The translations under genes were made by a program, and so were the position numbers. From positions 30,512-94,511 of the forward strand of contig CAVUAI010000013.1 in NCBI GenBank assembly GCA_963739385.1: a stretch of DNA of 64,000 bases. Direction: 5' to 3'. Shown one piece after another: positions 1 to 9,529 of the stretch. Numbering within the stretch: the stretch's first letter is position 1; each line of letters begins with the position of its first letter. Source of the stretch: an uncultured Alphaproteobacteria bacterium. GTDB lineage: Bacteria > Pseudomonadota > Alphaproteobacteria > Rhizobiales > Xanthobacteraceae. Below the pieces are notes generated by a model. It made no database searches. It had not been told where the DNA came from and saw only the letters and a list, made by a program, of their open reading frames with translations.

Positions 1-190
1 CCTGCTCGGCCGTGTTCCCTTGCAGCGACCAGCGGATCGCGGACGTGTCGAAGCTGCCGGAAACCGCCTGCGTGCCGTCGGGCGAGATCGCCAGCGCGCG
101 CACCGGGCCGCCATGGCCGCGCAATTGTGCCTGCGCCTGCCCGCACGCAACGACCAGAAGGAGAAGGACGCGAACAAGGACGCGGACCAT
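1..190 (-). CDS. WD40-repeat protein with N-terminal signal peptide; only the first 63 codons are present because the gene runs off the left edge
   Basis: Reverse complement of 1..190 starts at ATG (188-190) and reads MVRVLVRVLLLLVVACGQAQAQLRGHGGPVRALAISPDGTQAVSGSFDTSAIRWSL. That is a hydrophobic leader followed by a canonical WD40 blade. It is absent from the ORF track because there is no stop in the window. It starts 14 nt after the stop of the upstream MoeA-fusion gene on the same strand. Confidence 0.6.
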   Translation of the reverse strand, partial: MVRVLVRVLLLLVVACGQAQAQLRGHGGPVRALAISPDGTQAVSGSFDTSAIRWSLQGNTAEQ

Positions 191-204
191 CGTGACCAAT
201 CCAA

Positions 205-2202
205 TCAGGCGTCCGCGGGCTGCATGCCGAGCGCGCGGATTTTTTCGCGCACGGCCTCGTCGCGCAGCGCGGCAAGAAAAGCCTTGACCGCCGGCCGCGT
301 GCGACGGCTCTCGACCAAAAGAAAGTCGTAGTCCTCGGGCGCGATGGGAAGGAAACCCAGCCCGTATAGCCGGGCAACCAATTCGATGGCGATACCCCAG
401 TCGGCGCGGCCCTGCGCCACCGCGGCGGCGACCGCGTTATGCGAGCGCGGCTGGTTGCTGTAGCCCGCGGGCCGCGCTCCTTTGAGCAGCTGGTCGATCA
501 GCACCCGGGTCCCGGCGCCGGCATTGCGGTTGACCATGAGGCAGCGGGGATCCGCGAGCGCCTTTGCAATCGCCTCGGCCGCGCTGCCTCCGGCAAAGCG
601 GCGGTCGTCGGGGCGGTACACGAACCCCTGCATGCGCTGCCAGCCCTTCACCAGCGCGAGCCCGGGGCGCAGCAGATGCGCGTTGTAGACGCCGCTGGCG
701 GGATCGACGAGGTGCACCGGAGCGAGATCGCATTCGCCGCGCTCGGCCGCCGTCACGCCGCCCATGCTGCCGACCGCAATGGTGCGGGTGGCGAACGCCT
801 GTTCCGCCAAGGCGCCGAGCACCGCGTCGAGCGCGATGCAGTGGCTGCCCATGACCACAAGATCGGGCAGCGCCGCACTCTCACCGATCAAGGTCACGCG
901 CGCGCGGCTGCCGGCGTCGAGCGCGCCCGCGAGCGCCTCGATCTCGAGAAAGCCGTCGGCCTGGGAGAAGCTCGTCACCGCGCCGGAGCCCTTGGCGATC
1001 GGAAATGCCACTGGGCCCTCGTCGCCGGCCACCAGGGCCACCAGCGCGAATTCCTTGCGCCCGAGTTCGGAGGCGATGCGCACCGGGACATCGGCCTCGA
1101 TGCTGCGCGCGGCTTCCGGCGGCAGGCCGGCGCGGGCGCGGATCACCGGCGCGACGAAGGCATGGAAGGTGAAGATCGCGGAGGTGGGAAATCCTGGCAG
1201 CACCACAAGCGGCTTGCCGTCGACCACGGCAAGGCAAAGCGGCTTGCCCGGCTTGAGCGCGACGCCGTGCACCAGAATGTCACCGAGCTTCGAGACGATG
1301 CGGTGGGACAGATCGCCCGCGCCCTTGGAGGTGCCGCCGGAGAGCACCACCATGTCGCAGGCGGCGAGCGCCGCGCGCATCGCCGGCTCAAGCGCCGCTT
1401 CATCGTCTGCAAACGCGCCAAACGGGACCGGCTCGCCGCCCGCTTCCGCCACCGCGGCGGCGATGATCGCCCCGTTGCTGTCGTAGACCCGCGCCGGGGC
1501 GAGCGTGCCCCCCGGCGCCACCAGCTCATCGCCGGTGGAGAGCACGGCCACTTTGGGCCGCCGCACCACCTCGACTGCGGCGATGCCGCAGGCCGCCAGC
1601 ATGCCGATCTCGCGCGACGAGATGCGGGTGTTCCGCCGCAGCACGACCTCGCCGCGCGCAATGTCGGAGCCGGCATAGGAGACGAACTGCCCGGGCGCGA
1701 CGGCGCGCCGCAGGTCGATCGCCGGCGCGCCGGCGTCGTCGACGAGCTCGGTGTGCTCGATCATGACCACGGCGTCGGCGCCGCGCGGCACCACGCCACC
1801 GGTCGCGATGGTGGTGGCGGAGCCCGCGCTGACTTCGATCGCCGGGGCGTGCCCGCACACGATCACTTCGCCGTTGAGCGTAAAGCGGCGCGGCGCGGTA
1901 TCGCTCGCGCCCGTCGTGTCGGTGGAGCGCACCGCAAAGCCATCGACATTGGCGCGATCGAACGGCGGTACATCGATCGGCGCGGTGACATCACGCGCCA
2001 GCACGCGGCCGAGCGATGCGGCAAGGTCGACGGTCTCGGCCGGCAGCGGCGCGAGCTCGATGCGGCGGGTGAAGCGCGCGTGCGCCTCCTCGGCGGAGAC
2101 CACCTCGAGGAATTGCTCCTGCCGCGCAGCACGGCGTATGGCAGCGATGAGATCGGATGCGTGATCGCGCGCGGCCGATGCGGGTTCGAAACGGGCAGTC
2201 AT
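205..2202 (-). CDS. moeA: Molybdopterin molybdenumtransferase (MoeA) fused to a C-terminal periplasmic-binding-protein-like (PBP_like) domain, 665 aa
   Basis: From MTARFEP (ATG 2200-2202) the protein has MoeA hallmarks (PPFDRANVDGFAVRS, GDELV, LSGGTSKGAGD, PGKP, LPGFPTSA). A tail of about 230 aa follows (LPDLVVMGSHCIALD...NRNAGAGTRVL...DWGIAIE) typical of the PBP-like domain seen on MoeA fusions. The 901-aa track ORF upstream of 2202 is Arg/Gly-rich junk that overlaps the previous gene. Confidence 0.8.
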   Translation of the reverse strand: MTARFEPASAARDHASDLIAAIRRAARQEQFLEVVSAEEAHARFTRRIELAPLPAETVDLAASLGRVLARDVTAPIDVPPFDRANVDGFAVRSTDTTGASDTAPRRFTLNGEVIVCGHAPAIEVSAGSATTIATGGVVPRGADAVVMIEHTELVDDAGAPAIDLRRAVAPGQFVSYAGSDIARGEVVLRRNTRISSREIGMLAACGIAAVEVVRRPKVAVLSTGDELVAPGGTLAPARVYDSNGAIIAAAVAEAGGEPVPFGAFADDEAALEPAMRAALAACDMVVLSGGTSKGAGDLSHRIVSKLGDILVHGVALKPGKPLCLAVVDGKPLVVLPGFPTSAIFTFHAFVAPVIRARAGLPPEAARSIEADVPVRIASELGRKEFALVALVAGDEGPVAFPIAKGSGAVTSFSQADGFLEIEALAGALDAGSRARVTLIGESAALPDLVVMGSHCIALDAVLGALAEQAFATRTIAVGSMGGVTAAERGECDLAPVHLVDPASGVYNAHLLRPGLALVKGWQRMQGFVYRPDDRRFAGGSAAEAIAKALADPRCLMVNRNAGAGTRVLIDQLLKGARPAGYSNQPRSHNAVAAAVAQGRADWGIAIELVARLYGLGFLPIAPEDYDFLLVESRRTRPAVKAFLAALRDEAVREKIRALGMQPADA

Positions 2203-3323
2203 GGCCAGGGTCTTATCACGACCTCGCTGTGCGCCGGATAGCCCTCGCTTTCGGGCTTGATCAAAATCCATCCATCGGTCTGCGCCAGCGCGGAGAGCGG
2301 TACATAGCCCGAGGCTATGGGCGTGGCGGAGGCGCCATCGCTTCGCACCGGCACGAGCTCGGCGAGGCCAACCATGGACGTCACCTTGTGCGTGAGGACA
2401 GCCCGGCGCGTCCGCAATTCCTCCGTGCCGCCCGCGAGCCGCGCGAGCATGACTTGACCCAGCACGTGCCAGGCCGCCAGCGCCGCATCGAGTCGCCCCG
2501 CCACGGCCAACACCGGGCGGGCGCCCAGGGTTCCGAATGCCGTCGTCTCTGCGGGCAACAGCGCAACCCCGTGCACGTGCACCTGGCCCAGCGATGCGAG
2601 TGTACGCACCGTGGCGTCGCTGCCGCCGGTACCGGTCCCGCCCACGACAACGACCGCATCTGCCTCCGCTGATGCGTCTGCGAGCTCGCTCGAGGCGCTC
2701 ATGACGGGATCTCCGCCCCTGTGTTCGACCGCATCGGCGATGCATGCGACCGCGGCATCGATCACGGCGTCCCGGCCCGGCCGGGCGCGCACGATACGCA
2801 CGCGCGGCACGCGAATGCGCACCTCGCCGACCCCGATCGCCCCCAGCAGCGCGACCGCCACGGCGTCGAGGCGCCGACCCGCGCGCAGCAGCGTCGCGCC
2901 CGCGGCACAATCGGCGCCCGCGGGTAGCACGCCATCGCCGGGGCCGACCGTGGCCAGCGCGTAAGGCATGCCGGCGCGGATCATCATCGCATCGACGGGC
3001 GCGACTGCGTCGGCATCGGGCGGAAGCGGCTCCCCAACCCCGATGCGCATGGCGGTGGAGATGGGCGCCGGCGCATAGGCGCCGGCGTCGCTGGTCAACT
3101 CCGACCGCACAGCCCAGCCGTCGCGCAGGGCGCGCGCTACCGCCGGCACCGGAGTTTCGATGACGATGTCGTCCGCCAGGACGCGGCCAGTCGCGGCGTT
3201 GCGGTCGCTCGCGCGCGCCGCCACCGGCTTGACCAGCTCATCGATGCGGGCGAGCACCTCCGCGAGCGGCGTCAGCCGCGCGATTCGCTGCTCTGTGTCG
3301 GACTCCACGGCCATGGCTCGCAT
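2199..3323 (-). CDS. Second MoeA-family (molybdopterin-binding) protein, about 374 aa
   Basis: From MRAMAVESDTEQRIARLTPLAEVLARIDE the fold-level pattern matches MoeA (RDGWAVRS, VVVVGGTGTGGSD MoCF-type motif). Its TGA (2199-2201) overlaps the ATG of the next gene (ATGA), indicating translational coupling. The start could be 3323 or 3314. Confidence 0.7.
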   Translation of the reverse strand: MRAMAVESDTEQRIARLTPLAEVLARIDELVKPVAARASDRNAATGRVLADDIVIETPVPAVARALRDGWAVRSELTSDAGAYAPAPISTAMRIGVGEPLPPDADAVAPVDAMMIRAGMPYALATVGPGDGVLPAGADCAAGATLLRAGRRLDAVAVALLGAIGVGEVRIRVPRVRIVRARPGRDAVIDAAVACIADAVEHRGGDPVMSASSELADASAEADAVVVVGGTGTGGSDATVRTLASLGQVHVHGVALLPAETTAFGTLGARPVLAVAGRLDAALAAWHVLGQVMLARLAGGTEELRTRRAVLTHKVTSMVGLAELVPVRSDGASATPIASGYVPLSALAQTDGWILIKPESEGYPAHSEVVIRPWP

Positions 3324-3395
3324 GACTATTATATAGTGGCGTCGCACGGAACCCGCCCCCGGCAGCGCAGGCGGACCTAAAGGCGACGAGATCAC

Positions 3396-3620
3396 ATGGC
3401 CGAAAAGACCATCGATTTGCGCGGGCTCAAATGTCCCCTGCCGACCCTGCGCGTGCACAAGGCGCTGTCCGGTCTCACAGCGGGTGACGTGCTCGTCGCG
3501 GAATGCACGGATCCCCTGACGGCCATCGATATCCCGAACCTCATCAACCAGACCGGCCACAAGCTCGAGTCGAGCTCGCACGAGGGCGACGTCCTGGTGT
3601 TTCGAATCCGCAAGAGCTGA
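3396..3620 (+). CDS. TusA/SirA-like sulfur-carrier protein (74 aa)
   Basis: MAEKTIDLRGLKCPLPTLRV contains the conserved C-P-x-P motif at the expected position, and the size is typical. It is divergent from the MoeA pair. Confidence 0.85.
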   Translation: MAEKTIDLRGLKCPLPTLRVHKALSGLTAGDVLVAECTDPLTAIDIPNLINQTGHKLESSSHEGDVLVFRIRKS

Positions 3621-3668
3621 CGCTGCATCGGGTGAGGCAAAGCGAAGCGTGCCCACCACATATCTTGA

Positions 3669-4637
3669 CTACTTCTCCACCAGGCCCGCGCGTTCGATCA
3701 CCGGCCGGAAGCGCAGACCTTCATCCTCGATGAATTTGCGGAAGGCGGCCGCGTCCATGCTCCGGATCAGCATGCCGTCCTCGCGCATGCGCTGCTGGCT
3801 CTCCGGCCGTTCCATGGCGACGTTGATCTCGCGATTGACCTTACGCACGATGTCGGCGGGAAGCCCGGCCGGCCCGGCGAGCGCGAACCAGTTGGTGGCG
3901 ACCACGTCGTAACCGAGCTCGCGGAAGGTCGGAATGTCGGGATAGTCGGGCAGCCGCTGCTCGGTCGAAACCGCAAGGCCCGTCATTGCGCCGCCGCGCA
4001 ACTGTCCCGCCGCCGACGTCACCGTGGGCGTCGCGAAGTCGATGTGATTTGCCACGACGTCGATGATGCTCTGGGCGGCGCCCTTGTAGGGGATGATCTC
4101 GAACTTGAGGCCGGCCTGAGTCGCGAACGACGCGGCCACCACCTGCCCCGCGCTCGACAGGCCCGAGGAGCCGTAGCTCAGCGGTCTGGCGCTCGCCTTG
4201 GCCTTGGCGACGAAGTCTTTGAGCGTCTTGATGTCGCTCTTCGCACTCACGGCGAACAGGATCGGGGTGCCGGCGATGTAGCCGACATGGGTCAGATCCT
4301 TGATCGGATCATAGCCGATCTTGGGATTGATGAAGGGCGCGATGATGGTGAGCGAGAGCGTGGTGATGACGAAATTGTAACCGTCGGGCTCCGCGCTCGC
4401 CACCGTCTGCACGCCGATGACGCCGCCCGCGCCGGCGCGCGTCTCGACGAAGAACTGCTGCTTGAACGCGCTGGAGAGATGATCGGCGACGATGCGGGCC
4501 AGGATGTCGGCTGCCCCGCCGGGGGCGAAGGTGTTGACGATCCGCACCGGCCGCGAGGGCCAGTCCTGCGCTCCTGCCGGGACCGCGGCGAGCGCCGCGC
4601 TGGCAATTGCAAGGAGCACACTACAAAGACGGTTCAT
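3669..4637 (-). CDS. Bug/TctC-family tripartite tricarboxylate transporter substrate-binding protein
   Basis: Starts at MNRLCSVLLAIASAALAAVPAGAQDWPSRPVRIVNTFAPGGAADILAR (ATG 4635-4637). It has a signal peptide plus the family signature P-x-R-P-[VI]-x-x-[IV]-V-P-x-x-x-G-G, is about 322 aa, and has the motif YKG. Confidence 0.85.
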   Translation of the reverse strand: MNRLCSVLLAIASAALAAVPAGAQDWPSRPVRIVNTFAPGGAADILARIVADHLSSAFKQQFFVETRAGAGGVIGVQTVASAEPDGYNFVITTLSLTIIAPFINPKIGYDPIKDLTHVGYIAGTPILFAVSAKSDIKTLKDFVAKAKASARPLSYGSSGLSSAGQVVAASFATQAGLKFEIIPYKGAAQSIIDVVANHIDFATPTVTSAAGQLRGGAMTGLAVSTEQRLPDYPDIPTFRELGYDVVATNWFALAGPAGLPADIVRKVNREINVAMERPESQQRMREDGMLIRSMDAAAFRKFIEDEGLRFRPVIERAGLVEK

Positions 4638-4734
4638 GTGTCTTCCTCGACCTCGCATACGATAGTCGATCCTGGGGGCAGCACATCTCGGTTCGTAAAC
4701 CGGGCACATATTCCGGCTACCTCCACCAAATGCG

Positions 4735-4825
4735 GTCATTGCCGGGCTTGACCCGGCAATCCATCTCCTTCGCAAAGTCTTGCGAGGAGCGATGGACCCG
4801 CGGGTCAAGCCCCGCGGGAGACGCC
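4735..4825. repeat. REP-like palindromic intergenic element (family 1)
   Basis: gtcattgccgggcttgacccggcaatccat forms a hairpin, followed by cgatggacccgcgggtcaagccccgcggg as a second hairpin. A near-identical architecture recurs at 7086..7170. Confidence 0.7.
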
Positions 4826-4843
4826 GTCGACTCCGAATCCACT

Positions 4844-5830
4844 CTATATCCTGAACTCGTCGCGTTTGCGTCCCTCGGAAACGTCGAGAAACAATTCGTC
4901 GAGCGGGAGGCGGCGCTTGATCGCGCCCTGCTCGTGCGAATAGGCCACCAGCCGTTCGAAGTTTTTGCTGTTGCGTTCCCCCAGCCCATATTCCCAGGGG
5001 TCCTTGCCGAGAATCTGCTCCTGCTCCTCCCAGGTCTCGCGGTACCAGGCAAGCGGGACGATGCGTGGATTTTCCATGCGCTCCATGGCAAGGCTCTTCG
5101 CCTGCTCGAAAGCCTTGTACATGTTGGTGGCGACCCAGGGGTGGCGCTCGACGATCTCCTGCTTGATGCCGACCACGTGCATGATCGGGAAGATGCCGGT
5201 CTTGCGGTAGAACGCCATCTCCTCCGCCTTGTAGTTCGGGAACAGCCGCCCTACCCGCTTGTCGCCGGTGGTGAGCGGCCGGATCAGGTCGGGCGAGAGC
5301 AACGCGTCGATCTCGCCCGCGACCAGCATGTCCTCGAGCGATTTGTCCTGCGGCACCTGCGTGATGTTGAGGCCGGGCGGCGGCGTGAAATCGACGTCCT
5401 CGTCGAGCTCGCTCAGCCATTCGATCGACTTGTGCGGCACGCCGTAATCGTGCTCGAGGATGCCGCGCATCCACAGCCCGGCGGTGAACAGATAGCCCTT
5501 GGTGCCGACCTTGCGGCCGATCAGGTCGGTCGGCTTGGAGATGCCTTTCGACGTGTTGACGAAGATGAAGCCGTGACGGAAGCGGCGATGGGGAAAGACC
5601 GGGATCGCCCGGAACGGAAGGTCCTGGTCGCGCGCCGCGACGTAACCTGAGCCCGACACCTCGGCGATGTCGAACTCGCGCCCGCGCAGGAAACGCCAGT
5701 GCCGCGGCGACGGCGCCATGTCGGTCAGCACCGTGAGCTCGATCCCTTCCGGGCGGACGATGCCTTCCTTCAGGGCGCGCATGATCTCGTAATCGCCGCA
5801 CGCGAAGGTGAGCTCGAGCTTGCGGGACAT
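4844..5830 (-). CDS. NMT1/THI5-like protein of the PhtD (4,5-dihydroxyphthalate decarboxylase-annotated) family
   Basis: The 328-aa ORF is intact. MSRKLELTFACGDYEIMRALKEG...FPHRRFRHGFIFVN matches my recollection of this family. The assignment is family level only. Confidence 0.55.
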   Translation of the reverse strand: MSRKLELTFACGDYEIMRALKEGIVRPEGIELTVLTDMAPSPRHWRFLRGREFDIAEVSGSGYVAARDQDLPFRAIPVFPHRRFRHGFIFVNTSKGISKPTDLIGRKVGTKGYLFTAGLWMRGILEHDYGVPHKSIEWLSELDEDVDFTPPPGLNITQVPQDKSLEDMLVAGEIDALLSPDLIRPLTTGDKRVGRLFPNYKAEEMAFYRKTGIFPIMHVVGIKQEIVERHPWVATNMYKAFEQAKSLAMERMENPRIVPLAWYRETWEEQEQILGKDPWEYGLGERNSKNFERLVAYSHEQGAIKRRLPLDELFLDVSEGRKRDEFRI

Positions 5831-6002
5831 ATGAACCTTTCGGGGGGCAGAGAGGAATGTCCAGCTTGAAGAAGATTTGCCCCGGGATCAACTCGCGGCG
5901 GCGCGACGCACGCCCCTCGCCAAACGGTTGACAATTTTGGGTTGAAACGCTCCTTTGGCCGCGCTTCAACCGCGGCCTCGCCGGTGAAGTATCGAGGACG
6001 TC

Positions 6003-7016
6003 ATGGTCATGATCACGCGCCGCTCGCTGCTGATCGCCGGCAGCTCGCTGGTTCCGTTGGCGACGCCGCTCGTCGCCGCGCGGGTGGCGCATGCCCAGGG
6101 CGCCGCTGCGCCCGCCACGGCATGGCCGACGCGTCCGGTGGCGCTGATCATCCCGTTCCCCGCCGGCGGCGCGATGGACCTGCTGGGACGCGCGGTGGCA
6201 CAGGATCTGGGCGACAAGCTCGGCCAGCAATTCGTTGTCGACAACCGCGCCGGCGCCGCCGGCAATATCGGCGCCATGGCCGCCGCCAAGGCAGCGCCCG
6301 ACGGCTACACCATCCTGATGGCCGGCGCCGCCTCGCTTGCCCTCAACAAGTTCATGTTCGGCAACATGCAATACGATCCGGAGCAGGAGCTCACGCCGAT
6401 CGTGATCGTCTCCCGGCTGCCGCACATTTTCGTGGTGAACCCGAAAGTCGAAGCGACGACGCTCAAGCAACTCGTCGACAACGCCAGGGCCAATCCCGGC
6501 AAGCTCAATGCCGGCGTACCCGGCACCGGCACCACGGCCCACATCACGCTTGAGGCCTTCATGGCGGAGACCGGCGCCAGGATGACGGTGGTGACGTATC
6601 GCGCCGAGCCGCAGATGCTCACCGACCTCGTCGGCGGACAGCTCGACTTCGCCTGTACCCTGACCACGAGTCCGGGGCCGCACGTGCAGGCAGGCCGGTT
6701 GCGCGCGCTGGCCGTGACCAGCGCCACGCGCACCCAGCAATTGCCCGATGTCCCGACGGTGGAGCAGGCGGGCTTTCCCGGCTTCGAGGCGACCGCCTGG
6801 TTCGCTCTGGCCGCCCCCACCGGGACGCCCGTCGACATCATCGACCGGATCAACGCTGTCGCCAATGCCTTCATCCGCAGCGACAAGGGCAAGCAGGATC
6901 TCGCCAGGCTCGACTCGTTGCCGGCGGGCGGGACGCCGGAAGAGACCAGGGCGTTCATCGCTGCCGAGGTCCGCAAGTGGGGGCCCATCATCAAGGCGGC
7001 CAACATCAAGATGTGA
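6003..7016 (+). CDS. Bug/TctC-family substrate-binding protein (Tat-like leader)
   Basis: MVMITRRSLLIAGSS...AWPTRPVALIIPFPAGGAMDLLGR..NRAGAAGNIG. It has the family signature and is 337 aa. Confidence 0.85.
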   Translation: MVMITRRSLLIAGSSLVPLATPLVAARVAHAQGAAAPATAWPTRPVALIIPFPAGGAMDLLGRAVAQDLGDKLGQQFVVDNRAGAAGNIGAMAAAKAAPDGYTILMAGAASLALNKFMFGNMQYDPEQELTPIVIVSRLPHIFVVNPKVEATTLKQLVDNARANPGKLNAGVPGTGTTAHITLEAFMAETGARMTVVTYRAEPQMLTDLVGGQLDFACTLTTSPGPHVQAGRLRALAVTSATRTQQLPDVPTVEQAGFPGFEATAWFALAAPTGTPVDIIDRINAVANAFIRSDKGKQDLARLDSLPAGGTPEETRAFIAAEVRKWGPIIKAANIKM

Positions 7017-7085
7017 CTCGGCCGGCCTCATGCCGAGGTGCACTACAGCGTTCCGATACAGCGTCGTTGACAGCAACCATCCGTC

Positions 7086-7170
7086 GTCATTGCCGGGCGT
7101 GTCCCGGCAATCCATCCGCTTGCATCAAGCGTCCTTCGATGGATGCCCGGGTCAAGCCCGGGCATGACGA
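7086..7170. repeat. REP-like palindromic intergenic element (family 1, second copy)
   Basis: gtcattgccgggcgtgtcccggcaatccat ... cgatggatgcccgggtcaagcccgggcatgac. It has the same two-hairpin layout as 4735..4825. Confidence 0.7.
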
Positions 7171-7195
7171 GTCGAGAGTTCTGCGCCGCGTACGG

Positions 7196-8218
7196 TCACG
7201 GCGCGTTCAACTGCCGCAGCCGGTCGATGACAGCCGGCGGGCTTTGGTATGCGCGCTCGACCACGTCCCGGATTTGCTCTCCGCCGCGTGGCGCGTTGAT
7301 CTCGAGGCCCAGTTTTTCTCCCTCCGCCAGGAATGCCGGATCGGCGATGGTGGCGACGAACGCCTGGCGCAGCGCAGCCACGCGCTCGGCCGGAACACCC
7401 GGCGGCGCCACGAACGGCCGGCCGAGCGCGAGCGGCGCAAGCCCGGCCTGCATGACGAGTCGGTTCTCGTCGTCTGCCACGAGATCGAGAGCGAACGGAA
7501 CGTCGCCGAGCTCGGCAAGCCTGCCGGCGCCATATTGCACGATCGCCTTTGCGGTCTTGTCGCGCAGCCATGTCGGCCGCGTCGATCGCACCGAGCTGAC
7601 GAAGGCGCTGGGATGGCCGTCGACCTCGCCCCGTTCCATCGCCAGCAGCACGTCGTTCTGCCCGGGATAGCCGTTGATCGCTTTCATCTTCGTGCCCAGC
7701 GTCGCATTCAGGAGCCGGGCGAAGAACGCCGGCGTCGAATTGGCGCCGGAGACGCCAACCGCGACCTCGCGCGTTCTGAGCTCGGTGACGGAGTTGACGG
7801 GCACCGCGTGCCAGAGCAGCACCATGGCGGTCTCAGCACTCGGAGATCCCAGCCAGTTGAACCTGACTGGGTCGTAGCGCGCCTCCTTGGTGCCGAACAA
7901 CGGCTCGAACGGCGTGTTGTTCTGCACGAGCCCGATCACGCCGCCGTCCTTCTCGGCGTTGCTGTAGAGAAAGTTGGTGGCCGTCATGCCGCCGGCACCG
8001 GGCATGTTGCGCACGATGAAGCCCGGGTTGCCCGGCATGTGCTTGCCGATATGGCGCGCCACCGCGCGGGCCACGGTGTCGTAGCCGCCCGCCGCCGCCG
8101 AGCTCACCACGATCGTCACGGTCCGGCCGGCGTAGAAGTCGGTGACCGCGTCGGCCCTGGCCGCCGTCGCGTCGGCGAGAGCGCAAAGCGCCAGCACAAG
8201 CAGGCGTGGTAGCGTCAT
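7196..8218 (-). CDS. Bug/TctC-like periplasmic solute-binding protein (divergent subgroup)
   Basis: Signal peptide MTLPRLLVLALCALADATAARA, then FYAGRTVTIVVSSAAAGGYDTVARAV...NMPGAGG. The length (340 aa) and motif spacing resemble TctC, but the protein is more divergent. Confidence 0.6.
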   Translation of the reverse strand: MTLPRLLVLALCALADATAARADAVTDFYAGRTVTIVVSSAAAGGYDTVARAVARHIGKHMPGNPGFIVRNMPGAGGMTATNFLYSNAEKDGGVIGLVQNNTPFEPLFGTKEARYDPVRFNWLGSPSAETAMVLLWHAVPVNSVTELRTREVAVGVSGANSTPAFFARLLNATLGTKMKAINGYPGQNDVLLAMERGEVDGHPSAFVSSVRSTRPTWLRDKTAKAIVQYGAGRLAELGDVPFALDLVADDENRLVMQAGLAPLALGRPFVAPPGVPAERVAALRQAFVATIADPAFLAEGEKLGLEINAPRGGEQIRDVVERAYQSPPAVIDRLRQLNAP

Positions 8219-8338
8219 TTAGCAAGCCTCAGGTCGGACGCCGGAATGCAACGCTGGTATCCATGAGTCATCGCGCAAACCGCGATTGGCCGGCAAAGTG
8301 CGGCGGTATAGTCTGGAACCATATCAGCGGAGCTAGCG

Positions 8339-9424
8339 ATGGTCATGCCGCGCGTGCCGGCGGTGGTTGTGGCGCTCTGCGCCGTCGCGCTGGCGGCGCC
8401 GCCGGCGGCGGCGGACGAGCCGTACTACCGGGGCAAGCGACTCACGCTCATCATCAACTTTGCCGCCGGCGGCCCGACCGACATCGAAGGCCGGCTGCTC
8501 GCCAAGCACCTCGTCAAGCACGTCGCGGGCAATCCCGGGATCATCGTCCAGAACATGGACGGCGCGGGCGGAATGATCGGCGCCGGCTACCTCGGCGAGG
8601 TCGCCCCCAAGGACGGCACCACGCTCGGCTACTTCACCGGCTCGGCGTGGCGCTACGCCAGCAATCCCGAGCGTTTTCGCGTCGATTTCCGCAGCTACGA
8701 ATTCGTCGCCTACCAGCCCGGCACCAGCATCGCGTATATGCGCACCGACGTGCCGCCGGGCATCAAGGAGCCGGCCGACATCGTCCGCGCGAAGGGCGTG
8801 GTGGCGGGGGGACTGGGCGCCGAGAACTCCAAGGATCTCCTGCTACGGCTCGCGCTCGACATGCTCGGCGTGCCGTACAAATACGTCACCTCCTACCGCG
8901 GCAGCCAGGCGGCGCGGCTGGCCTTGCAGCAGAACGAGATCAACTTGTATGCGGAATCGCCGCCGAGCTATCGCGCCGTGGTCGAGCCGAGCCTGGTGAA
9001 GGAAGGCTCCGCCATCGGGCTGTGGTACGACGCCGATCCGGGCGCCGAGCTCGGGCGGCCGGCGCGCCAGGTCGAGGGGCTTCCGCTGGTCTCGTTCCCC
9101 GCGCTCTACCGCAGGATCAAGGGCGAGCCGCCGTCGGGACAGTTGTGGGACGCCTATCGCACCGTGCTGACCATCAACGGCGCGATGCAGCGGCAGATCG
9201 TGCTTCCGCCTGGTGCGCCGCCGCCGGCGCTCGCCGCCCTGCGGGCAGCCGTGCTCAGGCTCAACGACGACAGGGAGCATGCCGAGGAGACTGCGCGGAC
9301 CATCGGCTTCGTGCCGGAATGGGTTGCAGGCCCCGACACCAACAACGAGGTGCGGGCGGCGATCACCATCTTGCCGGAGATGCGCGCGTTCATCGCCGAC
9401 TATGTGCGGCGCGGGGTGAAGTGA
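8339..9424 (+). CDS. Bug/TctC-like periplasmic solute-binding protein (divergent subgroup, paralog of 7196..8218)
   Basis: Signal peptide, then YYRGKRLTLIINFAAGGPTDIEGRLLAKHL...NMDGAGG. It is clearly paralogous in pattern to the divergent neighbour. Confidence 0.6.
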   Translation: MVMPRVPAVVVALCAVALAAPPAAADEPYYRGKRLTLIINFAAGGPTDIEGRLLAKHLVKHVAGNPGIIVQNMDGAGGMIGAGYLGEVAPKDGTTLGYFTGSAWRYASNPERFRVDFRSYEFVAYQPGTSIAYMRTDVPPGIKEPADIVRAKGVVAGGLGAENSKDLLLRLALDMLGVPYKYVTSYRGSQAARLALQQNEINLYAESPPSYRAVVEPSLVKEGSAIGLWYDADPGAELGRPARQVEGLPLVSFPALYRRIKGEPPSGQLWDAYRTVLTINGAMQRQIVLPPGAPPPALAALRAAVLRLNDDREHAEETARTIGFVPEWVAGPDTNNEVRAAITILPEMRAFIADYVRRGVK

Positions 9425-9529
9425 TTGAGAGCGTTGCGGGCGCCTGTGCCGGCGCGCCGGTCGTCGACCGATCCCCCGACGTCTCGCGGTGCGATGCGCA
9501 ACTTTCACGCGCTTTGTCGCGTGGCGATC

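Noticed and set aside
439-2241. 600-aa plus-strand ORF, and others such as 764..1486 and 1143..1676, overlapping the MoeA-fusion gene
   Set aside because: They are antisense or alternative-frame ORFs with Arg/Ala/Gly-rich low-complexity translations, as expected by chance in DNA of about 65-70% GC. The minus-strand frame has clear MoeA motifs.
2203-2910. N-terminal 236-codon extension of the 901-aa ORF (205..2910)
   Set aside because: The translation is Arg/Gly junk and fully overlaps the upstream MoeA-like gene. The ATGA overlap at 2199-2202 gives a clean start at MTARFEP.
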